NCBI GenBank assembly: GCA_977016875.1
Contig: CDRNST010000123.1
Span: forward strand, 3,720,001 to 3,784,000
Source of the DNA: Pavona decussata
Taxonomy: Eukaryota
Direction of reading: 5' to 3'
DNA: 64,000 bases
Shown here piece by piece: positions 11,414-24,442 of the stretch; position 1 is the stretch's first letter, and the number at the start of each line of letters is the position of its first letter. The translations under genes and the position numbers were made by a program. The notes beneath the pieces were generated by a model. It saw nothing but the letters and a program-made list of their open reading frames with translations. It was not told the origin of the DNA and ran no database searches.

Positions 11414-14400
11414 ATGGCTGAAACAGTACAAAGAGTTCTGAATTTCGCTGCTGGTCCTGCCAAGCTGCCGGAAGAAGTAAGTGGAACATATTTCGCACCG
11501 TTCTTGGTTTTCTCTGCTCACACACTTTTCCCCCGTTATCCAGTCTATCATTTCTGTCGGCGTTTGTACATTGTTTATCATATCTGTTCACTTTTCGAGA
11601 TCGAAATTTGGCCATGTGATGTAAGCTTAAGTGAAATTTAATTCAGGTAGAATGGAGCGTTACAGGTAGTTTCTACAGCGAGCGATCTTTACGTAACAAG
11701 TGCGGCCAATGCCCTGTTTCTTTGTCGAAAACAGAAGTAAACAACATAGATCTTGATCCCGCTCGATGAACTTGGTAAATTCGGATATTAGGACCAGAAA
11801 GTTTGTTTTATAGTCTTGTTTCGATACGAAAAAGCAGTCAAATAGTACTTAGTCAGTGCTAGCGACAGCAGCCTGACATCCGCGAACTTGACGAAATTGG
11901 CGCGTTTACCGTTTCCCTAATATGGGGAGCAAGATCAATGCTCTTCCCTAATATGGGAGGTAAGCAAAACATCGAAGGGAGATTCCTTGGACAACTCCAC
12001 AAAGCGATTATTCGTTCGATTGGAGGTTGGTCTGTTGTTTACAGCTTAATTATTGAAAGTCGGGGTGAAATTTGTACAAGCGAGAGAGGGAATTCGTTGA
12101 TTTGGCTCTTCAGTCTGGATGTTTTCGACAAGGCGAGGCGAAGCGAGGAAGAAACTATGGTTGTTGTTATGTACACGTAGGAATTATATTAATTTGGCCA
12201 GTTTGGTGTCGCTGGGATCGAAATCGAGATAACCGAACTCTTTCTTGTAAATTTTTAGTTTTTACTTTGAAAAAGTGACTTTTCCTTTAGCTGAACTTGG
12301 CTGAGTTACCTTCGAAACTTTGGCTGATGCAACACTTGGAGAAATGTAATATTCATCGTTTATATTGCCCGAGAGGGAGTGTCTAATGAAATTGGCGTGG
12401 CTTGTTTACAGACTCGAGTATGTCATTTGTTAGCCTCTGTTTTCATTTTATAGCAAAGAGATGAAAATAATCCTATCGGTCAAAGAATAAGTGCTTTATA
12501 TCTTTTTTTTTTAAATAAAATCAATAAAATCCAGACCAGTGCCAAATATATCTTTTGTTGAAATATGTTTGTAATTTAACTCAAAAGTGTTTTTGAAATT
12601 CATGGCTCCTGTTGCCACACATTTTTGTCTTGTAGCAACTTTCTGTACTATCAGAGGGGATTAATCTGTCAAGCATTCTTGTTTCTAATAAATTTTTCAC
12701 TTCATTATTTCAAACTTCTGCTAATCTGGGATACTTGTATTAAAGGAGAAACAAAAAGATTGTTTTGCGCAGAAGTTTGCAATACTATCACCAATAGTAA
12801 ATAACTGTGCAACAGTATCCAACAGAAATGGGTATCTGTTTCAAGAAAAGAATAGCTTTCTGGTCATTCTTGGTGCCTACAGAGCTTTCAAATTAGATAC
12901 ACGGTCAGGTTTGATTTTTCACCATGGGAGACATTCAAAACACTCATAATATATATTTAGAAAGAAGAAGACACTGATAAGGTTGTGGAGAGTTCAGAGG
13001 ATGCCAAACAAAGTTAAATGTACAAGTGCACTAGACGTAATTGTAAGGAAGCTAATAAGTAATGTGTGGGTCAACAATGTCTTTCTCGTGAAAAGTGAAA
13101 TGCCTTTTTGTTTTCAGTAATATTCATAAAATGCAAAAGTTTTTTTTTTCTGTGAGAGGTCACAAGCTGCCCTTTACCACTCTTTGATAAGGAGAGGTTT
13201 ACTGTGGCTTCATACAGATCAAGGTCTACTTTGTCTTGATTTTTATATAAAAGAATTAATGCTAAAAAATTGTCTCTAACCACCATCTAATTTGTTTAGC
13301 TCCGACGCCTCTGTCAGGGAAACCAAGTATTCTGTTTAAGAAAAAGTACCCAACCTATGTTTTTTTTAGAAAATACAAGTTTAATTGTATTTATTTTGAT
13401 CCTTGTCTTAAAGGTATTGGCCCAAGCTCAAAAAGAGTTAGTTAACTATGGTGGCCTTGGGATCAGTGTTATGGGTATGTAGAATTTATTCACCACCACT
13501 GTCTGCTGTCTTTTTCTACCTGTGCACTTAGATAATTTACTTTGGTAAATGTGATGCATTAATTTATTGGACCATGAACTTTTTTCTTGTTTCATAATTT
13601 TTGAAAACTTGTACTTAAGAGTGTAGCTTACATGAAGTTGCATATTGATAAAAAAAATTATTAAACAATTATTTGTTTTCTTGTTGTTGTCATTTTTCCT
13701 TTAGAAATGAGCCACAGATCTGCCAATTTTGCAAAAATTGTCAACGAGGCTGAAAGTGACCTAAGGGAGCTGCTGTAAGTTGCTCTCATTTATGCAATGT
13801 GTTCCTGGTTATCATCAAAACATTAAATGGTTAACACTACTACACTTGATGTAGTTTTAACAGTCTTTTTTTTTTTGTTTTGTTTTACAGTAACATTCCC
13901 GACAATTACAAGGTTCTCTTTCTGCAAGGAGGTGGCACTGGCCAGTTTGCTGCGATTCCTCTGAACTTAGCTAAAGGTTCGCAATCAATTCAGTATTTAT
14001 TTTATTGGTAAATTTGAAGCTAATCACATTAGCAGTGTTTTGCAAGGAATTTTTGTTTTAAAACGTTTGTTACTGTGGGCAACTTATCCATTTGTGAACA
14101 TGATTTTACATGTCTTTTGGGATGTGTTTGCAGAAAATATCCATACCCACCCCATGGGAAGGTACTGAAAATTCCAAATGTGGAGGCTAGTCTGAAATGT
14201 CAGCCGTCTCCTCTCCCTAACCCACAGGGGGCGTGGGAGAGAGAGACGTCTGAATTCCGAGCGTTATAATGTCGTCCGTTGACGTCACGTACTTTTGCGA
14301 ATATGGTAGGTAGTTTTTGATTGGTTCTTCCCTAATTGAAATAGATAACCATCTCTTATTGGTCGAACTTGCGAAAACAGATATTTCATTTCGGCGGCGA

Positions 14401-17400
14401 ATATTAAGTGTTGACAGGCAAGACACAACTCGTAAGTTCCTCGCGTGAAAAGTGACTTCTCGTTTAACGTGGTTTTGCTCTCGCGGTTATATCTCTTAAA
14501 GATTTTCCTTTTTGGTATGAGATAAGTGGGAGGCTCTTTCAATATTTCTCGAGCCGGGTGGTAAGTTGTGAAGATGGGAAGAATTTTATTTCGCACTTTC
14601 TCGTTTTGTTGTAAAGCCGACTTCCGTTCAGGGAATTTAAAAATCTCAGAGGTAATTTTTTTCAATGAGATTGTGTTGATAGCCTCTTGCCTGAAGGCGC
14701 GTTTTGAAGTTGGTGGTATGGCAATAGAATAATTTCACTGAGTAGTTGGTTCTCAGAAGTCTCAGCGATTCTACAATCATGCGGGGTTTAAACCTACAGA
14801 GCCGCTTCAAGTACATATTTTTCTTCCTGCCTCCCACCGGGGTCAGAAAAGGACTAATAAACAATGAAGCCTTGAGACTTCTTCGAAACACCTCTGCAAA
14901 ATCATTCTATTACAACATCATCCACTTCAAAACGCACTTTTGGGCTAGAGGCTACCCTCACAATCTCATTGAAAAAATACCCTCTGATTTTCGCTGAACG
15001 GAAGTCGGATTTTAATACAACAAAACGATAAAGTGCGAAACAAAATTCTTTCTTTTGTCACAACTTACCTCCCGGCGTTGCCTAACCTCAAAAACATCTT
15101 GAGGAGCAAATGACTTTTAATTCAAAACCAACCATTGCTACTCTTATTTCATACAAAAAAAAAAACAGTCCAAAAAAGCAAAACCATAACGAGAAATCAC
15201 ATTTCATACCACCATACCACGTTAATATGAGTCGTGTCTGGCCTGTCAACACTTTACTAATAACATTTATCGGAACATTATTTTTTCAATTCATCTTCGG
15301 TGGAAAATGAAGTGCAATCCCGTTCATACGTTCTTGATGCTTCGTCTTCAAATTTTAGGGCTTACAAAACGCACACAACCTCCTACATTATGCATGCTCC
15401 AATGCTTCCATGCACTTCCATGACTCGTGGCCGCCATTTGGTTTCAAAGGTTTATATTTATGCAAATTTGCATAAATTACTGTGTGACGTCAACGGACGA
15501 CATTATAACGCTCGGAATTCAGACGTCTCTCTCTCCCACGCCCCCTGTGGGTTAGGGGGAGGAGACGGCTGACATTTCAGACTATGTGGAGGCAAGAAGA
15601 CAGTCTCAAAATAAAAAAAATTATAAAGGAAAGTATGAGGCTAGACTTAAATTTCCAGAAGGGTGGAAACATGTGCTACAAGATTTTGAAACATGAAGTA
15701 TGCCAGAAAACACAATATTCAGTGTGCCAACTGCTGTCTGAATTGCCGTGTATGGTTGCCATGTTATACCTCAATTTTCTTGCAAAATCTTGTTTTCTTG
15801 TACAATAGACTTTTTAACATTAAGGAAGACAATTAGCACCTTTCTCCCCACTCTGGAAATCCAGAAATGAAAATTCCCCCATCTCGCCAGTATTCCTGGC
15901 TTAAACGTCTTCCCATACCTTCATAATTCCAAGATGTAGCCCATGCGTTATTATGTCACAGATATTTTCTGGAACCACCTGATTTCCAATTTGCCTTTCT
16001 TAGCAATAAGGGCAACTCTTTGTTTTTCCTTTCAGAGGGAGCGTCAGCTGATTATATTATCACTGGAGCTTGGTCTGCAAAAGCCGCCAAAGAGGTAAAA
16101 AATGTTGTTGTAGGAGGCCAGCAATGAAATGGCATGTAATTGCCCTGTCATTTAGAAGTTTTGGGTTTAAAAGGCCACATATTTTTTTTTGGTATACAAT
16201 GATGCAGAGCTTGGTCTACAAAAGCCGCCAAAGAGGTAAAAAATGTTGTTGTAAGGAGAGGCCAGCAATGTAATGGCATGTAATTGCCGTGTCATTTAGA
16301 AGTTTTGGTTTAAAAAGGCAAAATTTTTTTGTTTGGTATACAATGTTACACAGTGGGTGCTATTAATTATCTTATCGTATAATATTTTTATCTTTAGGGA
16401 GAGAAATTTGTCAAAGTAAAACCAGTTTTCAAGAAGCTTGACAGATATGACAGTAAGTGTCAACTTTATATTGATCGTTGTTAATGGTTCACATGGTAGT
16501 TTAGTGGTTCATCTTGTATAATATCTTGGCTAGTTGCCATACTAAGCAAGATTAAATAACAGTACTTTTCACAGATTTATTCATTTTGAAGTTCATTTTT
16601 CATGTGTTTTTCCTTTTTTTTTTTTTTTAGGAATTCCTGATCAGTCGGAGTGGAATTTAGATCCAAATGCTTCATATGTCTACTACTGCGCCAATGAAAC
16701 AATTCATGGTATATTTTGATTGTTTTGATTATTGAGTGAAGTTTAAAATTAGGTCATTGAGAAACAAATGCCACACCAGCTATGTGGCTTTATATCAGCT
16801 CAGAACATTTCAGTAAAATTTACTGTTTACAACTGCTGGCTGTTAAATAGAAGTTTAATAGCCATGATGACCGGCCATGGTCAGTGGCTCATAATCTTCA
16901 AGTCATCGGTTTAAAACAATGTTATTAAAACTTATTTCTTAGCCTGAACTGATCTTTCTAAATTTGCTCTTTATATACATGTAGGTGTGGAGTTTGATTT
17001 TGTACCAGAGACAAATGGTGTACCACTTGTTTGTGACATGTCATCAAACTTCTTGTCAAGGCCTGTTGATATCAGCAAGGTAAACAAACAGTGTACAGTA
17101 ACTACCTGCTTCTTAGAAAATTCCAGTATTGTTCTACGTGCCATATGCACTGTACTTTGCCCATTCATCAAAACTAATCAATGCTACAATTTCTTTAGTT
17201 TGGACTGATCTACGCTGGAGCTCAAAAGAATGTTGGCTGTGCTGGTGTTACTGTGGTTATTGGTGAGTTAATATACACCTGTATTGTGCAGTTCCAGAAA
17301 ATATCCATACTCCCCCCATGGAAGGTTTTTTTTTATGTTTTGCACCCCCTCTCCCCCTAGAAATTTTTGATGACCTTCCTTGGGCTGGGTATGGATTTTT

Positions 17401-20400
17401 TTCTGGAACTGCACATTCCCTCCCTCCCTTTCCATATTCCATTAAAACAACAGAACTTTCTATGTGGCTTGAGAATTTTAATTTTGTACCCTTAGAGCAA
17501 AAGATGCATTTTCCTGTTTTGGTGATCAGTATTTCTGAATTTGCAATGTTTTTTTGCAGTCCGAGAGGATCTAATCACCAGCCCTTCACCGCGGTGCCCA
17601 GTTGTGTTTGATTACAAGGTACGATGTAGTTATGCTTCCGATGTAGATGTAGTCTAGGTTGGTTCATTCCAGTCTCTTAAATTTAGATTTGCCAGGCTAT
17701 CAAAAAGACTCACTGCAACAGTTTTCCAATGTAATTGAGGAGCTTGGCCCATGTTAAATTTTAGGCTGCTATCAAGAAATTATACAGAGAATTAGAGGGA
17801 AATGAACGCAAGTTCTTGAAATGAGCTCAACTGTCCTAGACCAGTTTTAGCAAGTCGGGCCTATGACAGTTCATTTAAGAAACTTGGTTCCATTATTTCC
17901 AGGAATTTAGTTGTATGTTTGATAAAACAAAAAAAAATCAACCTTTATTTGACATAGGCCCCTATGCCCTCAACTATCCAATAAATAATTCTAGATGTAA
18001 GGTGACATTTAAACGTCATTAATACACTAACTGACTGGTATCTTGACAGGTGCAAGCTGGCATGAATTCACTGTACAACACACCCCCAACGTACAGTATC
18101 TACATGATGGGTCTTGTGTTCAAGTGGCTTAAGGGAATAGGAGGAATTCCAGGTAATGCAAAAACATTATATAACAGGAAGGAAATCCATGGAGATATGA
18201 CTTGGACTGTCAATTCACTCGGAAGTCTTTCAAGTCCAAATGTGTACTTCATGCAACCTAGCCCACAACTTAAACAGTTGTTTCTAATATTATTTATCGT
18301 GGTAGAATCTTGTCCTATTTTATGTGTTCTGATCGAGTCAGCACTACTGGCTTGCACTGTTGCAGCGTCCCTCAGACTGTACTTTTTCACCTTGTATTCA
18401 CAGTCAGACAGTTGTCTCTGTGATCCTGCAGTCTTTGAAATATTTTTGTGACTTCAGAACTTAGTTAGAGCACAATAAATGAATGATCTTGTAGCTAATT
18501 CAGGATTTAATGCCCATAGAAATCAACAGAATCAACCAAATGAAGTCAGACCTCTTGTATGAGCTGATGGACTCCTCAGATGGCTTCTACTGGTAAGAAT
18601 GGACCTAATTTTGACCTTTTAAATTTGTCCAAATTTCAAATGCTGAGGGATAGTCCCGCACAAACAAGCACAGTTAAAAAGACTTGTTTTCTGATTGGAT
18701 GAGAAGTGATATGTTCCACAAAATAAGGCAGAGTTCTCAACTTCCAATGTTAAATGGAATTTTCCACTTTTAAAAGGAGAACTGTTAAAAGTTCATGAAT
18801 TAAACACGTTTTACTGTTTGGTGGGCATCATGTGGTGACTTTGGCTCTCTGTTTGTGACTGATGTTTGGGGAAAACTATGCATGCTTAATCTTTGCTAAG
18901 ATGAAAATAGAGATTTCAAATAAATTTCACTCATAAGTTTGTAAAGCAAACCTATAGCTCTGCAGTGGTATAACTTTGACCCCTGTAGGGAGAACTTGAA
19001 CATTCTGTTTTCTGAGTATGCCTGTGTCACTGTGTCCATCCTCAATAGCTCAAAATTATTCAATATTTCTAATTAATCATGAAGAAAACAAAGGTTGTTG
19101 TTTTTCTTGTTCACTAAGGGCAAACAGAACGCAAGATCTCACTTAATGGTTTTGCAACTTGCTGTCACTATACCAAACAGGCTGATCTTAATAATAATAA
19201 TTTATTATTATAATATTTACAGTGGCACGGTGGAAAAGAAGAGTCGCTCAAGAATGAATGCTCCTCTGAGAATTTCCAGCCCCAGTGGTGACCAGGAACT
19301 GGAGAAAGCATTTGTCGAAGAAGCTGCTGCTAAAAACATGATCCAGCTCAAGGGCCACAGGTAAGGTTATTTCTTGCTCATCCTCACTTTCCCTGTTTTA
19401 ATCACTACAGATGAAGATACATTGTACAAACAACTTCGCACGGAATGGGCAATCATCCAAAGGCCTAGCCACGTAAAGCACCATTTTACACAACTCTAAG
19501 GAATGATTCAAGAAGGGTTTTTGCTAAAGGGGTGTATATTGCATTTTTGCTAAAAGGTCAGAAATACGCTCCAACCTTACCCTGTGTTAGCGTCCTCTGT
19601 GGATTTTGTGCGCTAAACCCTACAGTGTACAAGGTATCAAATTTATTGTGTAAGTTAAGGTTAATTTACTTGGAGGTTTAATTGCCTCTGTTGTGGCAAT
19701 ATGGATCCACAATTAACACACAAAATCCATAAGGGGATTAGTTTCTTAAGGTCAAAATACAGTGCTGCATTGGTGGGGAGTAGGAACAAATGTTTGGTTT
19801 ATCAACAGAGTTGATAACTTAAGGTAAATTAGCCGCTGTAAAGAGATTGGAGTGCTGACATTTTCAGCATTGGCCCTTCTACCCAGTAAATCAAGAAACT
19901 GTGGGTTGTGTGTTTATGTAGTGAGCCGCAGAGCTATGCTATTGGTGGGAGCATGCAAGAAAAAAAAGGTGGGCAAGTTGGGAGCTTTTTTTCTGACTTT
20001 TTGGCTTAAAAGGGACGTACAGCTGTATGCCATTTTCCTCCTTGGGGTCATGGAAGTAAGTTAAGTCACAGCTGTATATACCTTTTTTGCCCAGAACCCT
20101 TCAATTCTGAAGTGAAAAATTTCATTGAAATTCAGGACTTGTTGCCCCAAAGTTTTTTGTGCTGCTTTGTGTCTCGTTTTCTGATATGAACACACTCCCT
20201 AATCTTTGATTATTACTAGTCATAGTTTATACTTTAAATAAAACATGAAGCAAAAGCTAAAACATTGGGGCAACGGTTCCTGATGGAATTGAAGTCCACA
20301 TAGCAAAAAATCTGGTGAATCTGAGCTTAAGCAACAGAAGGCGTCATCTAAAATGCACTATAGGTTGGTTGGTTGCACCAAGCTCTTTAATTGAAAGTTT

Positions 20401-20581
20401 TATCATTAGTTTCCTATCTATTACATGTAGAGCAAGTCAGTACCTTAGACAAATGTCCACATTCTATTTTAGGTCGGTTGGAGGAATAAGAGTGTCGATG
20501 TACAATGCTGTTAAACTTGATGATGTCAAGACTCTTGTGGATTTCATGAAAGACTTCAGACAGAGAAATCAAAAGCAGTAA
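11414..20581 (+). CDS. PSAT1: Phosphoserine aminotransferase (class V PLP-dependent), 14 coding exons
   Basis: Exons 11414-11476, 13414-13474, 13705-13774, 13891-13976, 16036-16094, 16398-16452, 16631-16708, 16985-17079, 17199-17262, 17560-17618, 18050-18152, 18520-18592, 19223-19360, 20473-20581. Hallmark motifs [51 protein letters not shown] (PLP lysine), [23 protein letters not shown]. Confidence 0.97.
14188..15584. mobile_element. Non-autonomous TIR element (TAG..CTA, 9-bp TSD; AcademH- or MULE-like) carrying inverted Penelope-like retroelement fragments
   Basis: ~100-bp TIRs TAGTCTGAAATGTCAGCCGTCTCC..; TSD TGTGGAGGC (14179-14187, 15585-15593). The interior translates on both strands to fragments such as [27 protein letters not shown] and [11 protein letters not shown], typical of the region C-terminal to Penelope-like RT. 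Confidence 0.8.
16067..16348 (+). repeat. ~140-bp tandem duplication spanning the PSAT1 exon 5 donor site
   Basis: GAGCTTGGTCT(G/A)CAAAAGCCGCCAAAGAGGTAAAAAATG... occurs at 16067 and again at 16207. Confidence 0.9.
17285..17415. mobile_element. Short MITE
   Basis: TGTGCAGTTCCAGAAAATATCCATAC...GTATGGATTTTTTCTGGAACTGCACA; a degenerate relative surrounds the 14188 element. Confidence 0.75.
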
Positions 20582-21429
20582 TCGGTCAAATCATTTGTGC
20601 GTGTTAGTCAACATCAAGTCATCCTCAACAAGAAATACTCATGTCTGGGTATTACATAGAAAAATATGGACTAGACAAAATATATTGGGAGCTATGAACT
20701 TTGAAGAAACTCATTCACATCATCTGAATGAAACATTGTAATGTGCTTACCTTAGTTATGTAAGGTGTGTGCTGGGGAATACAAACAAGTGATTTTATAG
20801 CCTTGACAATCGGGTTTAAGGGTTGCAGATGCCAAAACAGGTTCTTTCTAGCCCTGCATAGATCTATAGTCAAGTTCTTGATCACTTTCAATTGAACAAC
20901 TGAGAGGTGGCATTCCAAATGTGCCTTGCTGGGCCTCCTTGGCTGTATTTTTGCCTATCATGATCTTTTTATTTCTGCAGTCATGGTTGTAGGCAAAGTT
21001 AGAGTAAGATCATATTTTCGTTAACAGAAATATATATATTAGTCTTCTCCTTAATCGAAGAAGACACATTTTCAATAATTTATTCTAGGTTGGTATACAG
21101 TCGTGTCTGTTACTCTTGTGCTGAGCCTCAAATGGTCCACAATCTGTAAAAACAAGAATGGAATGAATTAAAGTTATTGGTCAATTTTTGGCTTGATTAT
21201 ATTTATAGGTTAAACTGTAATTATTGAAACTGGTCTCACCAGCCAATTTCATGCCTTAATTGCCTGTTCTGGAGTTGCGATGGAGACTAAGGACAAGTTT
21301 TTTAAATTTTCAAGTCCATCGCAAGAAAGATCACTTTTACAAAAGTAGTCATTTTACCAAGTTAGAGGTTTTGTCGTTAGATTGTAACCATGTAGAAGCC
21401 TTTCAAAAATTCAAAAAAATGGAAACTTT

Positions 21430-21613
21430 GGGTGGGTCTTTTTGGGAGAATCCAGAAACGGATTTGTGATCTCAGATCATTCGGATTACGGTGCATCAAA
21501 GCAACCGACGAATCCTTGTCCAGAGTGGATTCGTCCGTTCCTTTGATGCACCATGATCCAAATGATCTGAGATCAAAAATCCGTTTTTGGATTCTCCTAA
21601 AAAAAATGCACCC
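21430..21613. mobile_element. Palindromic MITE
   Basis: Arms GGAGAATCCAGAAACGGATTTGTGATCTCAGATCA / TGATCTGAGATCAAAAATCCGTTTTTGGATTCTCC form a nearly full-length hairpin. Confidence 0.75.
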
Positions 21614-22308
21614 TTTAATTTGTATGGATCTCAGAATTGGAGACATTTTTATGGAATTTGGGTGACTTTGACAGGTCACAGCCAGGTTACTATGCAATGA
21701 AACATAACCAAACTTGGTAAACTTACTAGTTTTTATGGACCTTTATATGATCTTTGGCGATTTGGTTCATTTCTTCATATGACGCAATTTGAACAATGTG
21801 TAAACTAGGGCCCAGTCCCTTTATGAACTTCGGAACGGGGAATTAAATCGAATATTGCAACACTCCCCCAGTATCAGTAAAAGTTGTGATTTGCTTTGCT
21901 TTGCTTACTTTACCAAGTACAAGAATTGATAAGAAAACCCTAAACAGGACCTACGTCCTTCACTGAAGGTTTACCTAAAGCCTACATTAACTAAAAATTA
22001 AACAACTACTAAAGTCTTGCCTGCTGTACTAGCTGCTTGTCAAAAATGGCTCGTCGCCAAAACTGATGACTTGGCACAAGTGGTACAACTGGTTCAAAGC
22101 AGTTTGAAGGACTTGAGAACCATTTCACAATAAAATTACAAGTTCCCCTTTAATACGTATGATTTAATGTACTTAATTTAATTTACATCCAACATTCATC
22201 CACTGTAGTCCTCTCCTCACCTTTAATTTGACCTCACTTCTTTTACACCTCCCGTCAACCATGTCCATCAAGGAGTTTTAACCCCATAAGAGTGGGTTGT
22301 CCCAAGAA

Positions 22309-22508
22309 TAGATCTTTTTCGTAAATGGCGGCCGATAAATAATTCTTTTGTTTCCATGAAAATTAGCCTTACTAGCCTCGTTATCATGTTCAAAATTAAT
22401 AGAATTTTGTACTCTAAAATGAGGTTAGTAGGGCTAATTATAGCATATATATAATAACATATATTAAAAAGAATAATAAATTGGTCGCCAGTTATGAAAA
22501 AGGTCTTT
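22309..22508. mobile_element. MITE
   Basis: Imperfect TIRs TAGATCTTTTTCGTAAATGGCGGCC / GGTCGCCAGTTATGAAAAAGGTCT; similar to the 26234 element. Confidence 0.55.
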
Positions 22509-22612
22509 AAAACCAGGATGGATACTTAATGATATTTACAAAATGCAGTATTCTTGATCCTCCAAAAGTATTCCAACAAATGTGATCTAGGAGTGTTGGT
22601 AAAGGCAATGTA

Positions 22613-22993
22613 CACGGGCACCCAACGGATCGTTTGGGTAAATTATCTGTTCGGAAGGCCCTTAATCTCCTGCAATTTTCTAATGGGAATTTTCACCTCG
22701 AACTTTCGTGATATGGAAAATTAAAGACCTTGTGTTTTCGGATTGATGAAAATGTGGTTTCGGGTACCAAAAAAGGTCGGCTAAGATTTTCGAAAAGGAA
22801 ATAAGACCTAAGGTTTTCGGGTAATGGACAAAAATGCCCTAGTAATTTCGAAGACTCAAGTTCCCCTAGAATGACCGAAAAGATAAAAATGCTATAGCGG
22901 GGCCTGAAATGAACCTGCAGAGCTTTAAAGGCACTCCAGATAGCCTAAAATTGTGTTTCAAAGGATTTGAGAGAAGTCGGTCGTTGGCCCCTG
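22613..22993. mobile_element. TIR element inserted into a tandem-repeat unit
   Basis: Ends CACGGGCACCCAACG / CGTTGGCCCCTG, flanked by a direct AATGTA duplication (22607-22612, 22994-22999). It splits a repeat unit whose first part is 22559-22612. Confidence 0.7.
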
Positions 22994-23322
22994 AATGTAA
23001 ACAATGACGTCAGCAAAGATTCTCCAAAAGTGTTTCAACAAATGTGATCTAGGAGTGTTAGTAAAGGCAATGTAAACAATGACGTCAGCAAAGATTCTCC
23101 AAAAGTGTTCCAACAATGTGATCCAGGAGTGTTAGTAAAGGCAATGTAAACAATGACGTCAGCAAAGATTCTCCAAAAGTGTTCCAACAATGTGATCCAG
23201 GAGTGTTTGTAAAGGCAATGTAAACAATGACGTCAGCAAAGATTCTCCAAAAGTGTTCCAACAAATATGATCTAGGAGTGTTAGTAAAGGAAATGTACAC
23301 AATGACGTCAGCAAAGATTCTT
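22994..23322. repeat. 74-75-bp tandem repeat (~4.4 units), each unit containing a perfect CRE TGACGTCA
   Basis: Unit AACAATGACGTCAGCAAAGATTCTCCAAAAGTGTTCCAACAAATGTGATCTAGGAGTGTTAGTAAAGGCAATGTA; CREs at 23005, 23080, 23154, 23228, 23303. Confidence 0.95.
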
Positions 23323-24442
23323 CTATAAACACGTGGTGTAGTTCCGCCCCGGTGCACCTTTACACAATACAAGGACATTAGAAGGAAATGGAATTTGGAA
23401 TCCCGAAGCTGTAATTACCTATGAAACAACAGAACAGTGTATTTGTTTTTCGTAGGAGTTATTGATTCCTCTGTTAATTAGAACTGTAAAGTAAAACTAT
23501 TCTCTAATGACGCAAAATCTCCCGACGTCTCAACTCATGAGGTAGGCAATTTCGTAACAGGATGTCCTGTCCCATTGAAGATCGAGTTTACGCCGCCGCT
23601 TCATTTTTATTTGAAGTTCGGTGAAGAATCAAGTATTTTGGCGTGTTCAAAAAAATGCCTTTTTTGCATTCGGCAATAGCTTATGTGGGACAGCATACTC
23701 GCCAGTACCTTCTTTGGGCCAGTGGCTTCTTGTTTCAGATTTTTTTCGCACAAATCGGGTTGAACGAGATAATTTTATAAACCCTTTTAATACGTATTCT
23801 TAGCCATGCACTGGATTATCACTTGTTTAGAATACCGTTTTACGTTTCTCTGCAATTAGACCAAATTGACACAAGAATAATGTATGGGTAAAATATTCTG
23901 ATCATATGACAATGGCCGTTCTTTTAACTACGTGACGTTTTAACTACGTCGTCAACTCTTGATCAGAGCGTTCTGCCTTGTTACCGTAGAAACAGACGAC
24001 AAAATGAAGTGAAACGTTTGTTCTTATTGATGAAAAAACCATGATTTTCTGAAAATGACCTGTATCGCTTCCCGAGATTAACGATTATAATGGTATTTAC
24101 TCAAATTAATTTATAGATTTGAAAAATCTACTTGCAATTATCTTGTTGTGCAGCCGCAGGACCTTTAAGGCAACAATACAGTTTTCCTATGGGAGAGGCT
24201 AACATTAATCTGTTTGTGCTATTCATTTACAAATCCTTTTCGAATGCTAATCTTTACAAAGCGATGAAAAGACCACCGCGAGTTTTCAGTTGTCATTACT
24301 TTGAATACACTCCAATGTTATCCTGAAGCTAAATCAGTTCACTTATATTTCTCGTTTACTAACGTCGGTTTTTCCACAATTTTTATAACGTATTAACTCT
24401 AGTTAGAAGTTGAAAGCTGAGCTGCTGCGGAAGTAAATCAAC

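Noticed and set aside
19853-19890. Degenerate hammerhead-like PLE end in the last PSAT1 intron
   Set aside because: The core nucleotides are mutated, so it cannot be supported as a ribozyme.
22994-23322. CRISPR-like array
   Set aside because: The units are contiguous and near-identical with no unique spacers, the context is eukaryotic, and there are no cas genes.
23085-23378. 97-aa repetitive ORF on the minus strand
   Set aside because: It is a by-product of the 74-75-bp tandem repeat.
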